From NCBI GenBank assembly GCA_964016885.1, contig OZ024740.1, forward strand, positions 300,824,001 to 300,888,000: a stretch of DNA of 64,000 bases. The letters are read 5' to 3'. The position numbers and the translations under genes were made by a program. Numbering within the stretch: the stretch's first letter is position 1; the number at the start of each line of letters is the position of its first letter. Under the pieces are notes generated by a model. It did no database searches. It saw only the letters and a program-made list of their open reading frames with translations, and was not told where the DNA came from. This document shows, one piece after another, positions 1 to 13,319 of the stretch. Source of the DNA: Eledone cirrhosa. Lineage: Eukaryota.

Positions 1-301
1 TGCGTGTGTATGTACGTATGCGTATTTATGCGTGTGTGCGTGCGTGCAGCGTTCCACAGAAAATAAAAGCAATTCGACTTTATCAAACAGTGACCTACAG
101 CGGCGACGGCGTGCAGCCAATAATGAATAAAAACGGGCCAAACAGCGCCATCGGAATGCCGATCTTCAGAGGCGAAGACGTGCCGCCATGAATGAAGGGG
201 AGCTGGCTGAACAACGCCAACGAAACACTGGAGCCAAGCAGTGACGGCGTGCTGCGATATTTGAAGACGAACTGGCTAAGCATCATCTGTTATATTAATT
301 A

Positions 302-656
302 TCTATATCTACATATAATAAAAACAGATTGGAACATCCATCATCCTTTTGGGAAACGTGAAACAACCACGTCTATGCGACGATACACGTTTTACAGTCA
401 GGCAGAAGATGAACCATCTCCTAGAGGTCACTATTCTAGGGGGGAGCACCTAGAATTGTTCATATACTATGCACAAACCGTACAACGCAGAATCTGGTAT
501 ATCTGGAAGATTTCTTTTTACTGTTTTCTGTATCACACAGACACCACTGACTCGCCTCATACTGTAACCAGACAAACATCCAATACAGTCATTTTCTATT
601 TTACCTGTCTTCTCTTATCATCTGTTTACCCGGGCGAAGCTGGGTACGTCAGCTAG
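302..656 (+). mobile_element. Non-autonomous Helitron (355 bp)
   Basis: Starts with TC after A301 and ends CTAG (653-656) before T657, an A|T target with no TSD. Subterminal hairpin TACCCGGGCGAAGCTGGGTA at 627-646. Confidence 0.8.
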
Positions 657-2909
657 TCTATATATTAATTTCAACAATGTCTGTATTCCGTGTGTCATAA
701 TTCTCGATTATCATTGGTTCATAGGTTTCAAACGACTCCGTCCACCTCAATGATGCCAAACTTAAATTAATATGCATAATGCCAATGAGGGAGTAAGAGG
801 GGAGAGTAAGAAACAGATAGGAAAAGTGAACGCTGTGTTGGATACACTATGTATATGTGTCAGTGTAGAGATGTGTGTGTGTGATGTGTATGGAAATAAA
901 AGGGGAAGGAAAGCAATAACTATTAACATGCGTGCGTGTGTATGTACGTGCACGTATGTTTATGTGTGTGCGCGTGCGTTCAGCGTTCCAGAGAAGTAAA
1001 AACTATCAACATATGTGAGTGTGTGCGTGTGTGTAAGTGCCCGTACCTGTGTAAGTTTGCGTGCGTATGCGCGTTTCCATGCGTGTATGTGTGTATACGT
1101 GCGGCGTTCCACAATCGCCACGCAGTTTATCTGTCTGAGTACCTGTCTGTCAGTCTAACATACACAGAGTTGTGAAGGGAGTAAATAGGGACCTCTCTTT
1201 ACATTCGAAATGAATACTGATAATAAAAGCAATTCGACTTTATCAAACAGTGAACTACAGTGGCGACAGGGTGCAGCTAGGAATGAAGAAAAACGGGCCG
1301 AACAGCGTCATCGGAACGCTGAACTTCAGAGGCGAAGACGTGCCGCCATGAATGAAGAGGAGCTGGCTGAACAACGCCAACGAAACACTGGAGCCAAGCA
1401 GCGACGGCATGCTGCGATGGTTGAAGACGAACTGGCTGAGCATCATCAGCAGATGGCCGGAATTCCGCAGCAACGGCGTGCTTCGATGGATGAAGTGCTG
1501 GCTGAACAGCACCAGCGCAATACAGAAGTCGACTGAATGTGTCGCCAAACTGCTCCTCATTCCAGTAAAGAGGCTAGAAGTCGAACGGATGATATTAAAA
1601 ATGGATCATGACAACCGTGTCATTTTCATATTGGTGGACGAATATAGAGTGTCCACATTGTGGAGCATTGCTTTGGAGGCACAAAAAGACGTGGACCACA
1701 ATGCGCTGTCATAAAGGAGCAGTTCAACAAGAACCCTTGCGAATACCGGATGATGAGGAGTCACCGGAGTTTAAAATACTAAGTATGTGGGGTGATCAAG
1801 GAGACCGAGGTAGATTACTGCGCAAATATTCGCGGCAAATTAACAATTCATTAGCTTTAGCATCCTCAACGACGCCAAACTTAAATTAATATGCATAATG
1901 CCAATGAGGGAGTGAGAGAGGAGATTAAGAAACAGAGAGGCAATGTGAACGCTGTGTTGGATACACTATGTATATGTGTCAGTTTAGAGACATGTGTGTG
2001 TGTGATGTGTGTGGAAATAAGATGAAAGCAATAACTATTAACATGTGTGCGTGCGTGCAACATTCCACAGAAAGTAAAAAACTGTCAACATGCGTGAATG
2101 TGTGAGTGTTGCGTGTGTAAGTTTGCGTGCGTGTGCGCATTTCCATGCCTGTAAGTGTTGGTGTTCTACAATCGCCACGCAGTTTATCTGTCTGTGTGCC
2201 CGTCTGTCAGTCTAGCATACACAGAGTTGTGAAGGGAGTAAATAGGGACCTTACTTTACATGCCCGAACATCTTTTATATTTATTATTGTCATTTTTTGA
2301 AAATTGCTCGAAATGAATACTGATGATAAAAGCAATTGGACTTTATCAAACAGTGAATTACAGCGGCGACGGCGTGCAGCCAGCAATGAAGTAAAACGGG
2401 CTGAACAGCTCCATCGGAACGCCAAACTTCAGAGGCGAAGACGTGTCGCCATGGATGAAGAGGAGCGGGCTGAACGACGCCAACGAAACACTGCTCAAAT
2501 AAGGCTGTTGTTTGTCACGATTCTAGGATTCTGCAATCCTGCCGATCAAAGTGAGTTATTTGAACGCCATTGGGGAATTATGGCTGATGATTTTAACATC
2601 ATCTTTAAGTCGATGATGAAAATTTGATGAAGGCTATTGTTTTGCTCAATATTGAGCAACTGTTTGAAGTTCATTTGAAGTGTTTAAGAGATTTCAATTT
2701 GCCAATTCCTGATGAAGAAATGCGGGAACGTGTCTTAGTATTGAACATGAGATTGCAGCTTAGACGGTTGCCACTCGATCGGAGGGAACTATTCCAGTTT
2801 GATCCACTGTACAGCAACGTATTGTGGATGAACGTATGCCAATGTTGACCCAATCTCAGAGACAATTGGTCGATGGCGTTCTCCACTCGATTTCCACTAA
2901 TGAGTAACT

Positions 2910-3270
2910 TTGTGCTTTCATAGATTCTCCAGGTGGCACCGGAAAGACATTCTATTTCAACACTATGTTATCAACAGTCAGAGCTCAGAGGAAGATTGCT
3001 CTCCCTGTGGCCACCATTGGGATCGCTGCCACTTTGCTGAGTGGTGGAAGGACCTTCCACTCATGCTTCAAGGCTCCATTGGCTCCGGATGAGTTGCGTG
3101 TCTGTAACATTACAGGACAAAGTGAACTGGCGGGCATTATACGCAATACGTCTCTGATTATTTGGGACGAGGCTCCAATGACACACAGATATTTGCTGAA
3201 GGCATTGGACAGAACTTTCAGAGATATCTGCGGTAGTGACCTGCCATTCGGTGGTAAGACTATCGTTCTA
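2910..3270 (+). pseudogene. Helitron Pif1-type helicase fragment
   Basis: Walker A-like SPGGTGKTF, then ATIGIAATLLSGGRTFHS, IIWDEAPM and PFGGKTIVL. Truncated at about 3270 by PLE-derived sequence. Confidence 0.85.
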
Positions 3271-3899
3271 TGATAGGGAGTAATCATCCTAATATAAATA
3301 CCTGGTGTTAAATGCTTACATAGACTGTATTGCATAAATATAAGTGAAACCCCATGTACACCCTCCCCTAGGATAACCAACCTGAACTACTATATAATTA
3401 TAAGCAGTTGAAAGTAATTACCCCAAAAGTAGGTGCTCATGGGGATATTTCTAGGTAATAAAGTCATAGACAGATGGAATGATTTGTTTTGCGATAGGGT
3501 GGATTAGAGAGTGTGGAGTTGTGGTGTATGGTGTGCCCTTTAGGTGTAATCCTATATATATCTAATGTTATCACTCGATACATACAAATACATTTGCATA
3601 AATAATCCATAGTGGAATCGGGTGTTTAAAGCTTACATAGACTGTATTTTATAATTATAAGTGATAGCCCATGAACACCCACCCCTAGTATAACCACCCT
3701 CAACTACTATATCATTATAAGCAGTTGTAAGTAATTATCCCAAAAGTAGGTGCCCATGGGGATATTTCTAGTGTGTAAAGTTATAGACATATGGAATGAT
3801 TAGTGTTGAGATAGGGTGGATCAGAGAGTGTGGAGTTGTGGTGTAAGGTGTGCCCTTGAGGTGTAGTGTTAGAAGTGGTGATGGTTTAAAGTTTGACAT

Positions 3900-6353
3900 T
3901 GTTATATTTAACGTTTTGGTAGAAGTTTCAGAAGTGGTGCTGGCACGACGCAAACAATTCCGATTTTTTATTAAGGAGGTTATGGTTTGAGAAGATTATA
4001 GTATGGGTCTCTAATAGACAGAGGTTTCAGAATTAATTAGGTGGTTTGTACGATGCCGCCTTACCTATCATTTCGCATTTAAGTGTATAAGATATATTTT
4101 TAGTTTTTAGATAGTGTATGTAGCTAGAGAGTGAAGTGGAGTTGGCTAGACTGTGTCTTTTGAAAGAATGGAGGTGTGAATTGTATCTTGTTTTGAAGCA
4201 GTTCGAAGTAGAGCCTATATTTCAGAGGAGTTGCTAGTTATGACGGTGCATGAGTATATGATGTCCTTGATTAAGCAGTTTTTTTTATCTAAAGGGCAGG
4301 TTCTATTAGATCTACAGTTACAATTATTTTGGATGTTAACCTGCCGGTTATTATATTGTGTAGAAGTATGGTTGCTAGTTATTGCATTATGGCTATGGGG
4401 GTTGTCGCTTCAAGCGTTATTGCTTACACTAGTGCTATTACTATTATTACTATTGATATCAGGGCTTGTAGATATAACGTTGTTTAGAAGGTATACCTCC
4501 TGCCGTGTTTTAGTTTGTTGGAAATAAGTATTAATTTTTCTTTTATTGCTACTAGCTACGTGGTATGCTATGTTAGGCGCGATAGAGTAGGAGATTTTAA
4601 TTGTGTTTTTGTTTATAAGACTATGGTACTTGTGGCCAGATGGGAAGTTTTTATCCAAGAGTGAGAAGAAAGCCTTAGGTAGGTTGGTAGAGACGTTTAG
4701 ATTGAAAGGTGGGTTGAAAAATGTATTATTTCTTCTATTTTTGTTTTTTATGCCTGGTGCGATGCTTCCGTTTATAGTATTTTGGTGACTTCTGTGGTGT
4801 GGGTTACGTTTCTTTCCACCCTTCGTACTAATGTGTGTGTGGCTATTACTCTTATTACTATTTTTCCTCAAGGACATATTGTGCGAAATAATGTTGTAAC
4901 TATGTGTTTTTGTAGGTAGGAACTCGATCTCATTATTATGGCCTGATCTAGCTAATGCCTGATTATAATATTGTGAGTTCTTGCTAAATATGTCTTCGTC
5001 ATAAGATAGATTAGAGATACTATTTGATTTTCCCTTAGAGATAGAGTTTAATATTGATCTAGGTTGGTTAGATTTAGTATCTACGTAAATCAGTTTTTCG
5101 TTAGGTTTATGGATGTGTGTATATATCCTAGAGTCTAGATAGAGGGTGGCATCTAGGAAGTTAACGTTTTTAGTGTTTTTGTCTATGGTGATACTTAGGT
5201 TATAGTTTTTGAAAGTCTTGTGCAATAGTTTTCTAGTTCTTTCTATATTAAATTTTGTATAGTCTATAAGGAGAAGTGCATCATCGCGGTACAAACCACC
5301 GTTGAGGTATGGAAGGTTCTTATGGATTTCGTTTAGTAAATATAGGCCCACCAAATCAAATCAGTGACCTGCGCCGAGTCACTAGATCCCATGGTTATGT
5401 CGAAGTTGTTTTGCGTATCCTTGCGGCTCCATACCTGGTCTTCAAACGTGATTACGGTTTTACGGGCCGCAAGTATGACATCAATCTGGAGTCTAGTCAG
5501 GTCACTATTGTTCATGGCCATAATTAGTGCCTTATTTAATAGGATAGGGGAAATAGAGGTGTAGCATGAATTGATATCAAGTTGAATAAATGTTTTTATC
5601 TTTGTTCTCCTTGATATCCTTGAACCATTCAATAACTTCATCTGTATTTCCCCATTGTTTAAGGTGTATTTTGTGTTTAATCTGTGGGATGATTTTATCT
5701 AAAACTTTCTTACTGATAATGCCAATGTCAGACTTGGAATGGTAGATTAGTCTAATCGAGGGGTTGCTAATGAAATCCTCCTTATGGTCTCTCAGAGATA
5801 ATCTAGGGGGATTTGGGGTATATGGTTGTGTATGTCTCTGAAGTCCTAGTTTGGACAATATACTACGGCCTTCTATATTAATTTCTTCCAAGTTTTGCAT
5901 AGTAGTTTTCTTGTAGCTCTTATGTATTTCATTATATATAAACTTTCTATATGTATCATAATCTAGGCTGTATATGTTATTAGTTTTGTCCGCATGTACA
6001 ATCATTTTACTACTTGTTTTGAATTCATTAATAGAGGAGTTAAGTTTGTTTAAGTAGGTGTTGTTTTTATTGCGATATTTTTGTATTTAATGTTCTTAAC
6101 TAGTTTTATTAGGTCATTCTCAAAGGAGTTTAGTACTGTGTTGTGAGGGGGGATTCTAAAAGTGTTAAAACCGGAGGAGTCGAATTTGTTAGTATTATCA
6201 ACTTTGTTAGTTTTGCTCTTAACATAATGGAATGTCCTCCATCACTCTTTTGATAAAGGAGTTGACACTGTTGATCAATAATTTCTCATATGTATTCTTG
6301 GATGGTATTGGTATTTTCGTGGTTGACATAGGGAGTTGGTCTTTGATCAGCAT
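3900..6353 (-). pseudogene. Naiad-type PLE reverse transcriptase / GIY-YIG endonuclease, frameshifted
   Basis: Motifs in order: STTKIPIPS, HADKTNNIY, LRDHKEDF, QLDINSCYTSI, MGSSDSAQVTDL, GLYRDDALL, VNFLD, FFNPPF, KISYS, CNCR..CPL, IIYSCTV, then IGSTSN. FNPP, KxSYS and the CxCx5C finger are characteristic of Naiad PLEs. Confidence 0.85.
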
Positions 6354-6603
6354 ACTGGTAATTTATTGTATGTTAGCTCAACAGTATGGAGCAGTTAATA
6401 ATATTAAGGATACTATTTATGGTTATGTATATACTAACACTTTTTATTGTTATATATATTTCCAACCATAAACAGTGAAGGTCAGTAATTAATTACTACC
6501 TTATTACCAGTAAGATAAATATCTCAATGTAATAACGTCAGTTGTTCTACAGACCAGTCATATAGAATTCACAAGAATCAAAGCTATGTTCAAAGCATTT
6601 ATT

Positions 6604-6650
6604 AACTTACAATTGTTTCATCCAAACGTAGGCTTTGATTCTTCGGAGCC
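6604..6650 (-). ncRNA. Minimal type I hammerhead motif (CCGAAGA core variant) in the Naiad 5' pLTR
   Basis: Minus strand reads GGCU-CCGAAGA-AUCAAAGCCUACGUUUGGAU-GAAA-CAAUUG-UA-AGUU, with a palindromic stem III. A degenerate inverted copy lies at about 8225-8270. Confidence 0.6.
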
Positions 6651-7399
6651 TTTTTCAATGTTTGTACACATGATTGACCTCCTTTCCAACGCAAGAGACA
6701 TACAGATACATATGTATATATTGATGTACAGTGGAGTGACATATATTATATTATATTACTTCCGTATAGCAATTCAAATTCAAAGTCATGATCAATATCA
6801 AAATTACAACAAAATTAAAATTAAAACAAAATTAAAATACATTCGGCAGTTAACATACTTTCAACTGCTTATAATTTTATAGTAGTTGAGGGTGGTTATA
6901 CTAGAGGTTGGTGTTCATGGGGTATCACTTATAATTATGCAATACAGTCTATGTAAGCTTTTAACACCAGATTCGACAATGAATTACTTATGCAAATGTA
7001 TTTGTATGTATGGAGTGATAACATTGGATATATATAAGATTAATTTATTAACAGAAGAGATCTGTATAACCTATATGTTGAGTGCAATGAATTGTGTATG
7101 AATGGGAAGTGAGTTATATATGCAGATACAACTTGATGGATACATTAATGACATTGTAAATGAGGCATATTTTTGTCTACCATAGAGATGTATTTGGATT
7201 TGCCATGCAGACAGCCATACGCTGCTCCAGAACTTACCAGGGTTTATGTAGACATAGTACTAATAAGTGCCCTGACATGTTCTGTCAGTAAACTACATTT
7301 GCAGGGAACTTTGATATAAAGATGTGGCTTTTTGTATGGAATATCCAGTTGTAGCACTGTATGATAGGGAGTAATCATCCTAATATAAATACCTATAGT

Positions 7400-8306
7400 A
7401 CATCTTGATAGAGTAGACTGTGTTTAAAATTGGAAACTGAATATAAATATATAACCGTCTATAGAAGGGACTAAATTGAGACACCTTATAATGCATGTTA
7501 GAACAATAATTTAGTTATGGAAATCATCTAGTTACCTCCCCTTACGCATTAACGCCCCTTAATTACACACATACTTCCGGATAATAAACCGATGTAAATT
7601 CTCGCAACAGAAACAACCTACCCTATAAAATTGGATAAAAGAACACTGAGCCGCAATAAGCTAAAATAATTTAATTTAATACATCAAACATCCAATATCC
7701 AACATCGTTAATTATGTCATGGATGTATAAACTATATATTACATTTCCTGAATGTAAATATGATGGTGGATACGAAAACCATCACTCTCTTTTGCTTCTC
7801 CTTTCTATTTCTATTTTTCTGCGCACATACTTTTTTATCATATACAAAAAATACCTTACCACTGCAACCTCCATAATACTCTTGCTTACCCACATAAAGT
7901 GCTTGTATTACATGTAACACCCAGCCACACAATAATCATATATAAATGAGACACACATAACTAACGCATACAATAACTACTACATCTGGCTAACAAACTA
8001 TCCTCTTGCATTATCTATGTTAACTGCCGAATGTATTTTAATTTTGTTTTAATTTTAATTTTGTTGTAATTGTGATATTGATTATGACTTTGAATTTGAA
8101 TTGCTATATGGAAGTAATATAATATAATATATCACACTCCACTGTACATCAATATATACATATGTATCTGTATGTCTCTTGCGTTGGAAAGGAGGGCAAT
8201 CATGTGTACAAACATTGAACAATGGTCCGAAGACAGAAAACCTAGGTTTGGAATAAACAATTGTAAGTTAATAAATGCTTTGAACATATCTTTGATTCTT
8301 GTTAAT
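7400..8306 (+). mobile_element. Inverted Naiad 3'UTR/pLTR arm ending in (CT)n(TA)n
   Basis: 8015-8306 is the reverse complement of about 6560-6860. The CTAGTTACCTCCC motif near 7528 recurs near 21061. Confidence 0.65.
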
Positions 8307-8321
8307 TCTCTCTCTATCTCA

Positions 8322-8458
<137 letters not shown>

Positions 8459-8870
8459 GAACTGCTGGACTAACAACGTAGCAGTCCCCTCAAGCACTAA
8501 TGGTGATTATCGCTAAATATTGATGTTGATTTGGTTATCAATATTAATATTATTGGGCACCCACTGAAGATTTATAAGTGCCCACTTGAATAAATATCTG
8601 TTGATCTTATACGAGCTTCTGCATAACTTGGTATAATTTCACCCAACTTGTAGAAATCTTATAATGAAACGAGTCGTTTGAGAAATGATATATTTGATAT
8701 ATCTCATATTAAGTAATACAGCCAATTATCCACACAATACAATACAGTTAACACCCAAACGTTTAATTGGGGATATACTGAGGTATTTCGTAATGTTTGT
8801 TGAGTGAGTTGGAATTTGGCTGGAGTATCGCTTTTAGCTGTCTCCGATTATGTATATATATATATATATA

Positions 8871-11800
8871 GACATAGAATATTCGAAAATATTCTGTATG
8901 TTTATAATAAACATTTTGAAGACCTAATCGCTATAGAATAGAATACGTCACGTATTACAATTAGATTCTCGATAAAAGCAAGGGAAGTAATCTACGCGTT
9001 TCATTCTAGTTAGAAATCCTCAGGACTACATATCCAGTGCTTTTATCGAGAATGACACAGCTAGAGACTTATAGAATACTTAGCTGTGTACAGGAACTGG
9101 TTTGAAAGAGCGGTTGCCGGTCCGGCAGAAATTAGAAATTGGAATAAATGCTCTGAAATAGCGATATATATGTGAATATAGACATAGAATATTCGAAAAT
9201 ATTCTGTATGTTTATAATAAACATTTTGAAGACCTAATCGCTATAGAATAGAATACGTCACGTATTACAATTAGATTCTCGATAAAAGCAAGGGAAGTAA
9301 TCTACGCGTTTCATTCTAGTTAGAAATCATCAGGACTACATATCCAGTGCTTTTATCGAGAATGACACAGCTAGAGACTTATAGAATACTTAGCTGTGTA
9401 CAGGAACTGGTTTGAAAGAGCGGTTGCCGGTCCGGCAGAAATTAGAAATTGGAATAAATGCTCTGAAATAGCGATATATATGTGAATATAGACATAGAAT
9501 ATTCGAAAATATTCTGTATGTTTATAATAAACATTTTGAAGACCTAATCGCTATAGAATAGAATACGTCACGTATTATAATTAGATTCTCGATAAAAGCA
9601 AGGGAAGTAATCTACGCGTTTCATTCTAGTTAGAAATCCTCAGGACTACATATCCAGTGCTTTTATCGAGAATGACACAGCTAGAGACTTATAGAATACT
9701 TAGCTGTGTACAGGAACTGGTTTGAAAGAGCGGTTGCCGGTCCGGCAGAAATTAGAAATTGGAATAAATGCTCTGAAATAGCGATATATATGTGAATATA
9801 GACATAGAATATTCGAAAATATTCTGTATGTTTATAATAAACATTTTGAAGACCTAATCGCTATAGAATAGAATACGTCACGTATTACAATTAGATTCTC
9901 GATAAAAGCAAGGGAAGTAATCTACGCGTTTCATTCTAGTTAGAAATCATCAGGACTACATATCCAGTGCTTTTATCGAGAATGACACAGCTAGAGACTT
10001 ATAGAATACTTAGCTGTGTACAGGAACTGGTTTGAAAGAGCGGTTGCCGGTCCGGCAGAAATTAGAAATTGGAATAAATGCTCTGAAATAGCGATATATA
10101 TGTGAATATAGACATAGAATATTCGAAAATATTCTGTATGTTTATAATAAACATTTTGAAGACCTAATCGCTATAGAATAGATTCACATATATATCGCTA
10201 TTTCAGAGCATTTATTCCAATTTCTAATTTCTGCCGGACCGGCAACCGCTCTTTCAAACCAGTTCCTGTACACAGCTAAGTATTCTATAAGTCTCTAGCT
10301 GTGTCATTCTCGATAAAAGCACTGGATATGTAGTCCTGATGATTTCTAACTAGAATGAAACGCGTAGATTACTTCCCTTGCTTTTATCGAGAATCTAATT
10401 GTAATACGTGACGTATTCTATTCTATAGCGATTAGGTCTTCAAAATGTTTATTATAAACATACAGAATATTTTCGAATATTCTATGTCTATATTCACATA
10501 TATATCGCTATTTCAGAGCATTTATTCCAATTTCTAATTTCTGCCGGACCGGCAACCGCTCTTTCAAACCAGTTCCTGTACACAGCTAAGTATTCTATAA
10601 GTCTCTAGCTGTGTCATTCTCGATAAAAGCACTGGATATGTAGTCCTGATGATTTCTAACTAGAATGAAACGCGTAGATTACTTCCCTTGCTTTTATCGA
10701 GAATCTAATTGTAATACGTGACGTATTCTATTCTATAGCGATTAGGTCTTCAAAATGTTTATTATAAACATACAGAATATTTTCGAATATTCTATGTCTA
10801 TATTCACATATATATCGCTATTTCAGAGCATTTATTCCAATTTCTAATTTCTGCCGGACCGGCAACCGCTCTTTCAAACCAGTTCCTGTACACAGCTAAG
10901 TATTCTATAAGTCTCTAGCTGTGTCATTCTCGATAAAAGCACTGGATATGTAGTCCTGATGATTTCTAACTAGAATGAAACGCGTAGATTACTTCCCTTG
11001 CTTTTATCGAGAATCTAATTGTAATACGTGACGTATTCTATTCTATAGCGATTAGGTCTTCAAAATGTTTATTATAAACATACAGAATATTTTCGAATAT
11101 TCTATGTCTATATTCACATATATATCGCTATTTCAGAGCATTTATTCCAATTTCTAATTTCTGCCGGACCGGCAACCGCTCTTTCAAACCAGTTCCTGTA
11201 CACAGCTAAGTATTCTATAAGTCTCTAGCTGTGTCATTCTCGATAAAAGCACTGGATATGTAGTCCTGATGATTTCTAACTAGAATGAAACGCGTAGATT
11301 ACTTCCCTTGCTTTTATCGAGAATCTAATTGTAATACGTGACGTATTCTATTCTATAGCGATTAGGTCTTCAAAATGTTTATTATAAACATACAGAATAT
11401 TTTCGAATATTCTATGTCTATATTCACATATATATCGCTATTTCAGAGCATTTATTCCAATTTCTAATTTCTGCCGGACCGGCAACCGCTCTTTCAAACC
11501 AGTTCCTGTACACAGCTAAGTATTCTATAAGTCTCTAGCTGTGTCATTCTCGATAAAAGCACTGGATATGTAGTCCTGATGATTTCTAACTAGAATGAAA
11601 CGCGTAGATTACTTCCCTTGCTTTTATCGAGAATCTAATTGTAATACGTGACGTATTCTATTCTATAGCGATTAGGTCTTCAAAATGTTTATTATAAACA
11701 TACAGAATATTTTCGAATATTCTATGTCTATATTCACATATATATCGCTATTTCAGAGCATTTATTCCAATTTCTAATTTCTGCCGGACCGGCAACCGCT

Positions 11801-13319
11801 CTTTCAAACCAGTTCCTGTACACAGCTAAGTATTCTATAAGTCTCTAGCTGTGTCATTCTCGATAAAAGCACTGGATATGTAGTCCTGATGATTTCTAAC
11901 TAGAATGAAACGCGTAGATTACTTCCCTTGCTTTTATCGAGAATCTAATTGTAATACGTGACGTATTCTATTCTATAGCGATTAGGTCTTCAAAATGTTT
12001 ATTATAAACATACAGAATATTTTCGAATATTCTATGTCTATATTCACATATATATCGCTATTTCAGAGCATTTATTCCAATTTCTAATTTCTGCCGGACC
12101 GGCAACCGCTCTTTCAAACCAGTTCCTGTACACAGCTAAGTATTCTATAAGTCTCTAGCTGTGTCATTCTCGATAAAAGCACTGGATATGTAGTCCTGAT
12201 GATTTCTAACTAGAATGAAACGCGTAGATTACTTCCCTTGCTTTTATCGAGAATCTAATTGTAATACGTGACGTATTCTATTCTATAGCGATTAGGTCTT
12301 CAAAATGTTTATTATAAACATACAGAATATTTTCGAATATTCTATGTCTATATTCACATATATATCGCTATTTCAGAGCATTTATTCCAATTTCTAATTT
12401 CTGCCGGACCGGCAACCGCTCTTTCAAACCAGTTCCTGTACACAGCTAAGTATTCTATAAGTCTCTAGCTGTGTCATTCTCGATAAAAGCACTGGATATG
12501 TAGTCCTGATGATTTCTAACTAGAATGAAACGCGTAGATTACTTCCCTTGCTTTTATCGAGAATCTAATTGTAATACGTGACGTATTCTATTCTATAGCG
12601 ATTAGGTCTTCAAAATGTTTATTATAAACATACAGAATATTTTCGAATATTCTATGTCTATATTCACATATATATCGCTATTTCAGAGCATTTATTCCAA
12701 TTTCTAATTTCTGCCGGACCGGCAACCGCTCTTTCAAACCAGTTCCTGTACACAGCTAAGTATTCTATAAGTCTCTAGCTGTGTCATTCTCGATAAAAGC
12801 ACTGGATATGTAGTCCTGAGGATTTCTAACTAGAATGAAACGCGTAGATTACTTCCCTTGCTTTTATCGAGAATCTAATTGTAATACGTGACGTATTCTA
12901 TTCTATAGCGATTAGGTCTTCAAAATGTTTATTATAAACATACAGAATATTTTCGAATATTCTATGTCTATATTCACATATATATCGCTATTTCAGAGCA
13001 TTTATTCCAATTTCTAATTTCTGCCGGACCGGCAACCGCTCTTTCAAACCAGTTCCTGTACACAGCTAAGTATTCTATAAGTCTCTAGCTGTGTCATTCT
13101 CGATAAAAGCACTGGATATGTAGTCCTGATGATTTCTAACTAGAATGAAACGCGTAGATTACTTCCCTTGCTTTTATCGAGAATCTAATTGTAATACGTG
13201 ACGTATTCTATTCTATAGCGATTAGGTCTTCAAAATGTTTATTATAAACATACAGAATATTTTCGAATATTCTATGTCTATATTCACATATATATCGCTA
13301 TTTCAGAGCATTTATTCCA

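Larger units (their letters stand above)
1..3270 (+). mobile_element. Decayed Helitron (Rep/Hel) derivative with an approximately 1.1-kb tandemly triplicated 5' segment
   Basis: ATAAAAGCAATT(C/G)GACTTTATCAAACAGTG recurs near 63, 1222 and 2325, and GCCAAACTTAAATTAATATGCATAATGCC near 755 and 1875. ORFs give R/E/Q-rich repeats (EEELAEQRQRN), a CPHCGALLW zinc-finger motif (1608-1889) and Pif1 helicase motifs downstream. Confidence 0.75.
3270..7030 (-). mobile_element. Penelope-like element (Naiad-like), decayed, with a duplicated 3' end and an inverted 3' copy at the 5' side
   Basis: RT plus GIY-YIG reading frames. A segment of about 320 bp is duplicated (about 3303-3545 and 3620-3860), and 6855-7030 is the reverse complement of about 3550-3730. 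Confidence 0.85.
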
